A stretch of 64,000 nt of DNA from the NCBI RefSeq assembly GCF_018977255.1, contig NW_024704743.1:86058001-86122000 (forward strand). The letters run 5' to 3'. The DNA comes from Callorhinchus milii. Lineage: Eukaryota. Numbering within the stretch: the first letter of the stretch is position 1; each line of letters opens with the position of its first letter. Shown in pieces: positions 24,280 through 36,605 of the stretch. The notes under the pieces were generated by a model. It had not been told where the DNA came from. It did not search any database and saw only the letters and a program-made list of their open reading frames with translations. A program made the translations under genes and the position numbers.

Positions 24280-25430
24280 CAATACAAATTTACATTTAAA
24301 TAGCATCTTTCACATTGGGAGGATTTCTCAAGGCTCTTCCCCACCCTGGTTAAGGTTTGCACCTGAACTAAGGTGGGGAGGACAAGGCCGAAAGTGTGGT
24401 CAAAGAGGAAGGTCTTGAGTTGGACCTTGCAGGAGGTGAGGGAAGGTGCATGTCGAAGGTGGTTTGGGATAAACTGCCTGCAAGTAGGCGCCGACTTACC
24501 ATTATTGTGGATGGTAAAGCAGGGATGTGAAGCAGGCTCGTGTTTGCTGAGCAGAGGCAGCGACCAGGTTGGTATGGTTTGAGGAGGTAGGGATGGTAAG
24601 ACCGTGGAGCGATTGAAAGGTTAGGATGAGGTCCTAACTCGCTGGAGGATGGGGAGCCAAATGGAGCTGAGGAGGGATAGGGGTAGTATGCTCACAGAAC
24701 CTAGTGCGAAAAAGGATACAAGCTCCAGAATTCTAGATAGTTTGCGGTTTGTGAAGGGAAGAGGCAAGTAGTCCAGCAAGCAGAGAGTTGACGTAATGTA
24801 GCCTGAATGTGATGAATGTGTGCATTAGAGTCTCGGCAACCTGAGGGAGAGGTTGTGGCAGAGGCAGGCAATGCTACAGAGATAGAGGAAAACTGTGAGA
24901 AAACTGGCAAGAAATGTGAGATTTAAAGACCATTGAGAGTTGAATAATACACCAAGGTTCCTTACTGTCTTGGTGAGGTGGAGTGTGCATTCAGTTTGAT
25001 GCTGCCAGTGCATGTGGTGAGAAGCCACTTATGAGCCAAGCAGGAGATTCCCCATCCTGTTGATGTTCAATTGAAGAACTTTAGAGCTCATCCAGAGCTT
25101 GTTGTCAGACATTTGGTCAGAACAGCAGTGGTCGTGGTCCTGAAATCAAGGGTGGAGACTGAGAGATCGATTTGGGTGTCATCCGTATACATGTTGAAGT
25201 AGTCTGGAGATGATATTGCCGAGTGAGAGCATGTAGATATGAAAAAGTAGAGGACCAAGGATACAGCCCCAAGTAAGTAACCCTGCCTGTGACAATGTAG
25301 GAACAGGAGGAGAAGCTCTTCAGAGACCAAGTGGAGACTTCAGAATAGGTAAGAGTGAAACCAGGAGAGGACAGAAGCATGAAGGTGGAGCTGAGAGAAG
25401 TGTCAGTGGAGAAGGATAGCGTGAAGGATT
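24280..25430 (-). mobile_element. Decayed L2 LINE with reverse transcriptase remnant
   Basis: Reverse ORFs give FNMYTDDTQIDLS and LTKTVRNLGVLFNSQ; L2 tail (reverse) at 24280-24330. Confidence 0.85.
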
Positions 25431-26680
25431 ATATTGCAGTGTCTACCACAAATTTTGGAAAATTAGTCATTTGAACTGTAATAATGGCACATCCTAAGTA
25501 TGCATCTTGTAAATTAATGAGCTAATCTGCACATTGTATACCAGCAATGCTATAACTGTTGAAGTAAACTCCTTCATTAACCTGAAAAAAGCAATTTGTT
25601 GGCCAAAATTCACTCTTCCCCCCATTAATTAGTTATGGCACATGTATAAAGAACAGGTGTAATGTTTTGGCTGCTTCATTGATTTTGTGAAAATGAGAGA
25701 CAGACAGATGAGAACCTTGATCATTTTCATTGTGTCCAATATCGTAGAGTGAAAAATATTGAGTTGACGATGAGCTGTATCTCCCAATATCCGTAACTGT
25801 TGTAAATCCATATCCAACATTTGTTTTGGGCCAGATGTAGTTTACCGTATAATATAGTTGAAGGAGGTGGCTAGTTGTAATCTCTATTTTCGAACAATTA
25901 CTTTACGAAAGCTTTAGAACTTTTGTCTTTAATTCAGTTCTTAGGAGCGTAGGTCCACAGTTCAAAATTGCCACAAATTTGACAATATTGATAGTCTCAC
26001 CCCAAGGATCAATAAGGGTAGCTGAGGTGGGAAAAGTGAGCCATTTGCATTGTGTAGACAAAATGATTCTTTGATGTTGAGATTAATGTATATTGTTCGG
26101 GCTGTACTTAAAATTTGGGTTCCTTGGAGTTCTTCATTGATTCCTGAAGAATGTTGTGTTCATTAAGCTCGAACATAATCGCTCTGTGTAAGGACATTGT
26201 GTTCTCAGTAACCTTACTAGAATGTACACACAGACCTCCACCAACTTTTACATCTTTCAAGGTGTGGACTTTTTAAACCTTTATAAAATTGGTTAAAGAG
26301 AATTAATTCCTTTGAGAGAGATGCTATTAAATGGTTGGCTAAACAGTGTGGAGGGTGCTATATAAATGCAAGTTGTTGTAATATGAGCAGTTATCATTGC
26401 ACTACTTTGGTGTAGGAGTGGTCCTTCCAGTCTCCTCTTTTGGGAGATTTAAATGTTTTTACAGAAGATTACTTTTAACAACTTAGCCACAGACTTAGCC
26501 ATGATGACACTTCCTCATTCATGTTGGGAGTTGAAACTGAAATTGGAAGTAAAAGCCTTTTTAAAGGTAATTAAATGGTATTTAATTACCTTTACACCAT
26601 GATGTACTTAGTTGAATGTAAATTTATGGATTTTGGGGAGCAGGTGTGACAATATTCCTCATCTGTCTTTTCTGTTCTAG

Positions 26681-26807
26681 ATATCTCAATGCCATTCAGA
26701 CCATGTGTCCACATATCCTTCGATACCTGACCACAGCAGTAATCACCAATAAGGATGTTCGGAAACGTAGACAAGTCCTGAAGGATTTAGTGAAGGTCAT
26801 CCAGCAG
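26681..26807 (+). CDS. EIF3E: EIF3E coding exon (exon 8 equivalent, 127 nt)
   Basis: tctgttctag|A...CAG|gtgaga; translates [42 protein letters not shown] (visible inside ORF 26646..26855). Confidence 0.98.
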
Positions 26808-28287
26808 GTGAGAATCAATTTCTACTTCACTTCCACCAATGTAAAATCATCATAAATTCTGTTTATATATCTTGAAGTACGTTCTATGGTTTGAAAAAAA
26901 GGCATTGATGGATTCGGTAAAGATTAACCTAACTCATTTTTGCCAATGATTTTATCTTGCTGTTGGGAGGTGTGAGCATCGTAGGGAGATCCTTTTGTCC
27001 CTCTTTCTCCCTCCCCACATTGTGTAGTGGAAATACATTTATTTATTAATCAATGGATACTTCTGCAACACTGTGGCTGTATCTAGCAATTTAGCAATTC
27101 ACTTTGAAAATGAAGAATTCCATCATTCATTACCATTCTCCAATGCATTCATGAGATGGAAACGCTGATTTTAACACTTTATGCAGGTGGTGTGGAAGTA
27201 GCCAGATATTTGAAGTAACCTTACCAAGATGCCAAAGGAGATTGTATTTGTTTGTTGAACTTTGGTATTTGGTAAAGTCGCTGAATATTCCAGCTCTGAA
27301 ATGCGCGCAGCTGTTTCTAACCATGTGTACAATATCATACCCAGTTTTGGAACTAAACATTACTCCTTGAAGAAAAGTAGACCTGACTTGGAAACACTTC
27401 ACACACCCACTAAGCATTCCAGCTTTGTCCAACTATTTTGTTTCGTTGTTTAGAAAATTGCATAAGTTGCACTGACACACAGATTTTTATGATTGTGAAC
27501 TTGGAGCTGTCTTTTAAGCAACAATGTGGGTGATTTTTTTTATTGTATCTCTATTTTCAGACTTATAAGATAAGCATGCTTTACAGCAGTAATAAAATAC
27601 TGGGCAGTGAAGCTCTGACTGTTTGCCCATGTTTTGATTTTGATGTAGCTGGGTGGCCTTAAAGTACCATGTGCTTTATGTTTAGTTTGCTGGAGGATTT
27701 GCTTTAAATGACACATAACACATAATATGCATTGTATTTTTGCAAATTACTTATCAATTGCAATTTTGTCAGTATTGTTTGAATATTTATTAAAAAATGT
27801 TTTGGATCACTTTTAGCATTTGTTGGTGGGTAGGCACTGGTTGAATATCTTTGTGAATATCTGGCTGCCATCTGAATCTCTCTAGCTCTTGTAATCTCTC
27901 ATGATTAATCTTTCTGATCATGCTCAGTTATCCAGTTCTTTAAACTACTATGCCAATTTAGGATCCAATTGTGAGTTGGAAATTGTCACATATTGCTAGT
28001 TGCCATACAAAAATCTTTATGTCTGGGAATCAAGGTGCCAGGTTTGTGGACATTCAGAAACACTATAATCATCCAAGTGAACTTACTTCTAAGTATCTTG
28101 GTTATAAAATAAATTCCCGTTTCCAGAAACTCCATTGTATGAAAGTCAAGCAATATTTTATTCCACTGAAGCATTTCCAGTAAACCTTATTGTTTTTACG
28201 ATACATGCGATACTTTACTGAGTTCCATGTTTTAATCAGATTCAAATTGGTTTATCGTGTAACGAGAGCTAGTGATAGCATGCTATT

Positions 28288-29050
28288 ATTGTATACACTA
28301 TATACTTCCTCACCAGCTACTTGAATTTTTCTGCATAACACAACTTGATTAGTTGTTATACTCATTCTGTAACCTATCAACTCCCAGTTGAGTGCCTGTC
28401 TCGTGACCCATTCCTTAAAAGGCAGATCACTGTGGAAAAATTCATCAGGTGAAATCAGCAGCATCTTCACACAGAGCAAATCACAACCTACACGAACACA
28501 TACATCTAAAATCGATATTATTCTCTGCTCCGCCCCCTCTAACTATTTTTAAATCCCACCTGAAAGCCTACCTTTTTGACTGCGCCTATGGTAACCTCCT
28601 ATTCCCCTTCTCACTTGCTTCACATCTCACCCTCCCACTCTGAGACTTTATCCTACATGAATAGTGCTATATAAATGTTAAATTGGCTGTTTTAAGATAA
28701 AAGAATATGTTTTGTAATTGCTTTATCAAAGTGGAAACTTATTACTGCACTCTGATGGAAAGATAATACTCATATAGGGATGTGGAGTTCAGTGGAAACA
28801 GAATTTGTGTTGCACACAAAAACATGTTTTAGATGTATGTGTGTGTGTAGGTTGTGATTTGCTCTGTGTGAAGATGCTGCTGATTTCACCTGATGAATTT
28901 TTCCACAGTGATCTGCCTTTTGAGGAATGGGTCACGAGACAGGCACTCAACTGGGAGTTGATAGGTTACAGAATGAGTATAATAACTAATCAAGTTGTGA
29001 TATACAGAAAAAATCAAGTAGCTGGTGAAGAAGTATATAGTGTATACAAT
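28288..29050. repeat. Long inverted repeat: 224-bp arms at 28288-28511 and 28827-29050, 315-bp spacer
   Basis: Manual alignment gives about 8 mismatches and no indels. ORFs 28252..28479(-) and 28805..29113(+) share a nearly identical peptide. Confidence 0.95.
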
Positions 29051-29469
29051 TTCCAGTTTCTGGAAAGGACAGTTTGGGGAAAGGTGTACATGTGGACACG
29101 TCATGTAATATGATTAAAATGCAACAGATGTAAGTTGAAGACTTTCAGATGAGAAATTTACAGTTGCATTCCATGTACAGTATATCTGAATAGTTTGGAG
29201 CAATGAACAAAGTGGAGCTTTTGGAATTCTACTTTCTTTCACCGAGATATCCTGCTGAGAAATAAGCTTCAAACCAGATTACTGTTCTCAAATAGATGGC
29301 AGGCATTAAAAAAGAGTAAGGGTGTATTCTGTTTTTCGATTTGGTGAAGATACTTGAAATATTTGTTGGATTTCAGTTCCAAGTCTGAAGATCTAAAGAG
29401 AATCATAGATTTTATGAGATTGGGGACGTTTTTTGATACTAGGACGTGTCAAAAAATTCACAGAAAGTT

Positions 29470-29832
29470 TGGATCCTCACTCTCGTGTTCAAATCCATTT
29501 ACTCCTTGGCACCTCCCTACCTTTCCGACCTCCTAACTCCCCAATCCACCACCCGGCGCCTCTGCTCAACTGGCACCGGCCTCCTGCTCGTCCCTTGTTC
29601 CCTCCACCCCATCATTGGAGGTCGTGCTTTCAGCCACTACGCCCGAAAACTCTGGAACACTCTCTCTGCCTTGCCCCCTCTCCCCTCTTTCAAGTCCCGC
29701 CTGAAAACTTTACTGTTCGATGTATTTATGGCCCCTCCCCACCCAGGCTCGGAGTCAGACTCCACCACTGTTAAGCGATCTGATATGCTACTCTGTGTGG
29801 GGGACACTATATAAATGCAAGTTGTTGTTGTT
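29470..29832 (+). mobile_element. L2 3' fragment
   Basis: Encodes ILTLVFKSIYSLAPPYLSDLLTP...GGRAFSHYARKLWNTL; (ttg)n tail. Confidence 0.88.
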
Positions 29833-29966
29833 GGATCAGTGGATACAACATTTAAAATTGCAGTTGCCTGGTATCTAGTTTCTGTTACTACAACATTTAT
29901 GTAACTTCCTGGCAGCATTTGGGGCAGAAATCCAATATTAAAGGTTTTGAAGGACCGAGCAGACTT

Positions 29967-31655
29967 CATAGAACCATAGAATTATACAGCACAGAAGGAT
30001 GCCATTCGCCCCATCTTGTCTATGCCGGCTCTTTGAAAAGAGCTATCCATATCAATCCCACTTGCCCACTCTCTCCCCATAGCTCTGCAAACGTATCCTC
30101 CCCAAATAATTATCTACTCTCTTAAAAGTTGTTATCGAATCGGCTTCCATCATCCTTTCAGGCAATGCATTCCAGATCCGAACAACTCACTGTGTGAAAA
30201 AAAATTCTCCTCACCTCTCCTCTGTTTCTTTTAACAACTATTTTAAATCTGTGTCCTCGAGTTACCGACCCACCCACCAGTGGAAATAGTTTCCCCTTGT
30301 TCACCCTATTGAATCCCCTCATAATTTTGAAAATTTCTATTAAGTCTCATCTTAACCTTCTCTGCTCCAAGGAGAATAATCCTAGCTTCTCTAACCTCTC
30401 CTCATAACTGAAGTCCCTCATTCCTGGTACCATCCTGGTAAATCTGCTTTGCACCCTCTCTAATGCCTTAACATCCTTCCTAAAGTGTGGGGCCCAGAAC
30501 TGACTACAATACTCTGGTTAGCTGAGGCCTAACCAGTGTTTTATAAAGGTTCATCATAATTTCCTGACATTTGTATTCTATGCCCCTATTTATAAATCCT
30601 TGTATCCCGTATGCTTTTTTAACAGCTTTATCTACCTGTGCTGCCACCTTCAAAGATTTATGTATATGAACCCTCAGGTCTCTCTGTTCCTTCACCCCCT
30701 TTAAGATTGTACCATCAGCTTTTATTGCCTCTCCTCATTCTTCCTCCCAAAAGCCATCACTTTGCATTTCTCCACATTAAACTTCATCTGCCACGTGTCT
30801 GCCCATTTTACCAGTCTGTCTGTGTCCTCTTGCAGTCTATTACTATCCTTCTCACTGTTTACTACTTTTCCTAGCTTAGTATCACCTGCAAACTTGGAAA
30901 TTGTACTCTCTACACAAGTCCTGGTCATTTATATAGATCAAAAACAACAGTGGTCCCAATACTGATCCTTGGAGGACACCACTGCACACTTCCCTTCAGT
31001 CAGAAAAACAACCGTTCATCACCACTCTCTGCTTTCTGTCTCCCAGACAGTTCTGTATCCATGCTGTCACTGTCCCTTGAATACCGTGGGTTTCTATTTT
31101 GCTTACAAGTGTCTTATATGGCACTTTATTAAAGGCCTTTTGAAAATCCATATAAACTACATCAACTGCACTACCTTCATCCATCCTTTACGTTATTTCA
31201 TCAAAAAACTCCAGCAGGTTTCTTAGACATGATTTGGCTTTAACAAATCCCTGTTGCCTGTCCTTAATTAACCCATATTTTTCCAAGAGAAAATGTAGTT
31301 TGTCCCGGATTCTTGTCTCTAGAAGTTTCCCCACTACTGATGTTAGGCTGACTGGCCTGCAGTTCCCGGGTTTATCCTTCTGCCCCCTTTTTGTACAGGG
31401 GAGTAACATTTGCAATTCTCCAGTTCTCTGGCACTACCCTAGTGTCCAAGGAGGATTGAAAGATTGTGGCCCGAGCCTCCGTTATTTCCACCCTTACTTC
31501 TCTCAGTCACATAGGATGCATCCCGTCCAGACCGGGTGACTTATCTACCCTGAGCACTGACAACTTTTTTAGTACCTCCTCTCAGTTTATTCTTATCCAA
31601 TTTCTCTACCCTCTCCTCCGATACTGTGGAATTGGCTGCATCCTCTTCTTTTATT
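29967..31655 (-). mobile_element. CR1 LINE, 5'-truncated, same subfamily as 17868-19235, opposite orientation
   Basis: Peptides KDKPGNCRPVSLTSVVGKLLE, VDVVYMDFQKAF, KFAGDTKLG; 3' end (reverse) catagaaccatagaattatacagcacagaagg. Confidence 0.95.
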
Positions 31656-32967
31656 CCCACTCTTAAAGGGACAGGTTCTTTATTGATGTGGTGACCCCAG
31701 ATATGAAAATACAGGGAGGAAATTGTGAAAACTATAAGCTTTCAGTTTCCTATCTAATCTGCCTATGTTCATTTTTGACCTAATTTATATTTTGGTGACC
31801 CATATTTAAAATTTTAAAAATTACTTTCAAGTTTGTCTCTGCATAATATTGTTTGATACCTGATTACTTCTGTCTCACAGTGAAAGTTGGAGAATGCTAT
31901 TGGGAGGTGGGGCGAGCTCAGGGTGTGAAACTGGTCTCTTCACTACAATTAAAATGGACCAATTTCACATTATTGGGAATAGTAGCCTCATGATGCAAGA
32001 AGCTTCCTCGACTCCCTCCAAAAGTCAGTGAGGGTTATTCGGTATAAACTGGAAGAGAGTGAGAACCTAAGAAGGAAAAGCTGGAGAAAAAGTGACTTAG
32101 TTTATTGCCACCATTCATATGGCATTTTGATGTTTTAGCATTTTTCAGGCATTTCCAAAACCATTTTCAAAATAAAACAAATACTTAACAATTTCAAAAT
32201 CTAAATTAGCATAAATTAGTTGGGCTTTCCCTTTCTTTCCAAAGTTGGGAGAACCATTTGTTCTATTTCTTGCTGAAAAGGGATGATTTCTATTTCAGGA
32301 ATACATTGTAACCATATAAATTGTAATTTCCAAGCATTTAGAAAAAATATATCTTGTACATTATCATCTATTATTCCACAAATTTTCTTTAAATCTCTGA
32401 GCTCCTTTCAACTATCTAGTGATTTATCATTTTATCAACTTATTGAACTTTCACCAAATAAGTGACTTCTACCCAACACCTTGTCTTTTCAAAATGGAGC
32501 ACATCGTAAACTTTATTGGTCTGTGCATGTGTTCAGAAGTGATGAGCTGTCATCAGGGATCTAGAAACAGTGCTTTTAGATACAGACTTTGCATTCAAGT
32601 GATTGTTAACAGCAGTCACTTGCGTTTTTTAGATCTACCATAAGGAACTGATCTGTGTTGGTATCTGATTAAAAGCTTTAGTATAGATTTTGCTTTTAAA
32701 CTGCAATAAACTGCAACAGTATCGTGAGTGAGGAAAATAGTTTGGTAAGCCTACCATCATTTTCAGTATATGAATTATTTTTTGGACTCCGTTTGCTAAG
32801 AAAAATAAAACTGCAATCTTTTAAATTATTTTTAAAATTTCCGAGTTTATGAATTTTAAAGACTCCAGGAAGGTGAATTGAGAATAGGCTTTCTTAGCCA
32901 TTGGAAGAAATAAAGCTAAGTTAATAATGCCAACGAATAGATCTGTTTTGTATTGCTATTAAGTTTA

Positions 32968-34215
32968 AACAACAAAATTACATTTGTATAGCGCCTTTCA
33001 CGTCGGGAGGACATCCCTAGTCGCTGGACAGTCAGTGTCTTGGACCCGAGCTGGGGGTCGGGACTGGGGAGGGTGGAGGGCAAGGGGGAAACGGAGGATG
33101 ATCAAAAGCACGATCGAAGAGGACGGTCGTGAAATGGGTCTTGAACGAGACAAGGGCGGGGGCTAAGTGGAAGGACTATAGGATGGAGTTTCAGAGGGTG
33201 GGGGGCAGAATGGCAGAAGGCCTGCCAGCCAATACTGGGGCGGGTGAGGCGGGGAATGTGAAGAAGGCTGGAGCCCGCTGAGTGGAGGAAGTGGGCAGGA
33301 TGGTAGAGGCGCGCGAGGCCACGGAGGACTTTGAAGGTAAGGACCAGGATCTTGAACTTATCCTCTGTGTGATGGGAAGCCTGTGGAGTCGGGCGAGGAT
33401 GGGGGTGATAGGGTCACAGAGCCTGGTGCAGGAGAGGACATGTTCTGGATGATCTGCAGCCTATGGAAGGAGGAGTTGGGGAGGCCGACAAGCAAGGAGT
33501 TTGCATAGTCAAGCTGGATGTTATGAATGTTTGTATGAGGGTTTTGCTGCCTGCGCAGTGTGAGGTAGTAGTGGAGCTGGGCAATGTTGTGGAGGTGGGG
33601 GAAGGCAGAGTGGGTCATAACTCGGATGTAGGGTAGAAAGGATAGTTGAGGGTCAAACAAGATGCCAAGCTTCTGGACTGGCTTAGTAAGGTGAAGTGTG
33701 AATCCGATGGTGATGCTGTCAGCGCCTGAGGTGTGGAAGCACTGACTGGAGCCAATCAGGAGAGCCTCGTTCTTGTTGACGTTCAACTGAAGAAAGGTAG
33801 CTCTCATCCAGGACTGTATATCTGACACACTCAGGGCAGCAGTGGTCCTGGAGTCAAGGGTGGAGGCAGAGAGGTACAGTTGAGTATCATCCACATACAC
33901 ATGGAAGTTGACCCCATGTCTGTGGATGATGTCACCAAGAGGGAACATTTAGATATTGAAGAGGAGGGGACCAAGGGTAGAGCCCTGAGGAACGCCTCCC
34001 GAGATGCCGTCTGTGAGGCGGTGTGAGAGGTAAATCTGAACCATTGAAGAACAGAGGAGGCAGAGGGTGCCCTGGTCGCAGATAGAGAGAATGTCATTTT
34101 GACCAGGGCTGTTCCTATGCTAAGGATGGCACGGATACCTGTTTGGACGGGCTCATGAAGAGAGTGGGGGAGAGGATGGAGTGAAGCTGGGAAGCAACGA
34201 CTCGTTCCAGGACCT
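32968..34215 (-). mobile_element. L2 LINE, 5'-truncated, with reverse transcriptase remnant
   Basis: ORF 33358..33948 reads PLGDIIHRHGVNFHVYVDDTQLYLS...LQLNVNKNEALLIG; tail (reverse) aacaacaaaattacatttgtatagcgcc. Confidence 0.93.
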
Positions 34216-34440
34216 GAAACGTATTTAATACTTCAAAAGGCTTAATTAAAATACCTTGCAAAGATGTGTTTCTTCATTGTTTATCGTCAGCTTGATCCAG
34301 CTGAGAGCTTTCTCTCAGTAGATTTTATACTTTGACTTTTCTATTCTCACCCTTGATTAAAGTCAGTTTACTTTACAGTATATTCTGCGAAGACGTCTCA
34401 AACCATAATAAGGATTATTATTATAAAAGGGGTATTGGAG

Positions 34441-34685
34441 ATAATAATAATAATCTTTTCATTTGATATAGCGCATTTCACGTCTTCTAGACCTCTCAAA
34501 GTGCTTCACAGAATATAGTGTAAAGTGAATTGATTGTATATTTGTGGGCGAAACGCAGCAGCCAATTTCGCACAGCAGTGTCCCTCAAGCCGTCATGGAT
34601 TGAGTGATCAATTTTAATTTTTTTTTGAGGGAATATTATCAGGTGTGTGGAGTAAGGAAACTTGCTCAAGGTTTCGCCCTGCCAG
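34441..34685 (-). mobile_element. tRNA SINE, short variant, head truncated
   Basis: (aat)n tail through ggagtaaggaaacttgctcaaggtttcgccctgcc. Confidence 0.88.
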
Positions 34686-34985
34686 GAGTTTTAGCTTTGT
34701 TTTGAGGCATATACAACATTTACAAAAAAGATGGCAACGACAAAGGAAAAAAACGGGTTAAAATGAATGATTTTTAAAAAATGATTTTAAAAGATATACA
34801 TGTATACGGTGTAAAATGTAGAACTATAAATTAAGAGGATTTAATGTGGAAATATAGAGAGGAGAAGGCAATTTTGGGATCTAAATATATCTTGTAACTA
34901 GTAATGAAAGCTCTGACACCTTGTGAGATACTATTGATATGCTCACAGGGTTTTTTTTTTAGCTCTGCTATATGGAAGTGCATAT

Positions 34986-35530
34986 CTTACTCCACACGCC
35001 TCTGTTTACCTAGCAGTAAATAGGAACCCGGTTGTTAGGTGGATCGCTTTTTCGGGGGTAATAATCCCTTCAAAAAAAAAATAATAATTTAGTCCTCAAT
35101 CCACGTTTGTGGTACACTACTGTGTGCAATTGGCAGCCCCGTTTCGTACACAAAATATACATACAGTCAATTCACTTTTCAATAAGTTCTGTGAAGTGCT
35201 TTGAGATGTCTTGAAAACATGATAATAATACTAATAATAATAATCCTTGCATTTGATATAGCGCTTTTCACGTCGGGAGGACGTCCCAAAGCGCTTCACA
35301 GAACACACTGTAAAGTGAATTGACTGTATATTTGTGGGCGAACGTGGCAGCCAATTGCGCACAGCAATGTCCCACAAACAGTCGTGGATTGAAAATGACC
35401 AATTTATTATTGTTTTTGGAGGGATTATTATTAGGTGTGTGGAGTAAGGAAACTTGCCCAAGGTTTCGCCCTCTGCCTGGAATAATAATAATGATAATGA
35501 TAAAGCTCTATATCAAATGCAAGAATTATA
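34986..35530 (+). mobile_element. tRNA SINE (long variant, +) interrupted by an antisense SINE (about 35226-35481, -)
   Basis: The + copy breaks at aaacatgataa and resumes at atgataaagctctatatcaaatgcaag; atgataa is duplicated at 35219-35225 and 35497-35503. Confidence 0.82.
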
Positions 35531-36060
35531 ATTGATAAAAGCCCTATGCAGATACTTTCTAAATCTTTCTACTTGTAAAGTTTTACCCTTAACTGTCTCA
35601 ATGTTGATGAAAGTTTGTTTCAAATTGAAAGGTAATCTATCCATAAAATTTGCAAGCCCCTTCCTGTCATTTTTTTTATTGAAGATGGAATGGCTTCCCA
35701 CAGATTTTGCAGATGGTTGTTAAGGTCAAATCCCAAAAGCCAAGTTTGGGAAAAAAAGATAGCAAAAGAGGGGATGTTTTGTTCTTTTGCAGAATAGAGC
35801 AACTTTGAGCAAACATCTGGTATGAATAGGTGAAAATCAGGCTTCCAGTTTTTATTGCAATATCTTTATTTTTAGATCCTGAAGCGACTTTGGTACTGTA
35901 CTCTACTACTTGTGCTGAACATTCAAAATGCCAACCAGCATGGAGCATGTCTGTGAATACACCCAGTTCTTCAATCTTTTTGCTGTTGGGATTCCCTCTA
36001 AGGGATAAATCAGCAGATGGCCCTTATTATTAATATTACTGATAAAAGCCCTATGCAATC

Positions 36061-36605
36061 AATATAGTGAAACAAATGGCCAAGTGAAAGGATTACAACG
36101 TTTCTGTATAAGAGCAATTCTCTTATCTTGCATTTCTATGACCATTGCATATTTTCTATTGTCTTTAAATCCTTTACACACAATTAAGCGCTCAGAATTA
36201 GACACAATACTCAAGGTGGGAACAAGTATTGTAACCGAATAGATTGTTTAGATTTGAGGCCTATTGTCCGTGTGATGCTGCCAATTATAGAAAAGGAGGT
36301 CATGAATGTGGCATCATGTTCTAAATGGAAATTCATGAAGAGTTCTTTCAAAACCAATATCAGAAAGTCGTCTACTATAAATGTGTGTGTGTATATATAT
36401 ACTATATATATTTACTAAATATGTATATAGTTAGACTTCTCCATTTGCAAATGTATGAAAAATACATACCTTGATCCTTATTGTAACATGAAGTCTCAAA
36501 TTGTAATGTGTTTTCTAATATAGTGAAACAAATGGCCAAGTAAAAGGATTACAACGTTTCTGTGTAAGAGCAATCCTCTTATCTTGCATTTCTATGACCA
36601 TTGCA
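36061..36605. repeat. 89-bp direct repeat (36061-36149 and 36517-36605)
   Basis: aatatagtgaaacaaatggccaagt(g/a)aaaggattacaacgtttctgt(a/g)taagagcaat(t/c)ctcttatcttgcatttctatgaccattgca, 3 mismatches. Confidence 0.93.

Noticed and set aside
28252..29113. Apparent pair of paralogous small proteins on opposite strands
   Set aside because: A by-product of the DNA inverted repeat. The listed starts are not ATG, and similarity stops at the arm boundaries.
33358..33948. 196-aa ORF as an independent gene (likewise 56351..56875, 57218..57631, 62708..63286)
   Set aside because: Frameshifted fragments of L2 or CR1 reverse transcriptase in 5'-truncated copies; not functional genes or retron-like systems.
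35676..36020. Stop-free frame of about 115 codons on the minus strand between the 18-bp repeats (possible retrocopy)
   Set aside because: No recognisable protein similarity and no poly(A) tail. A BLASTX hit would be needed to revive it.
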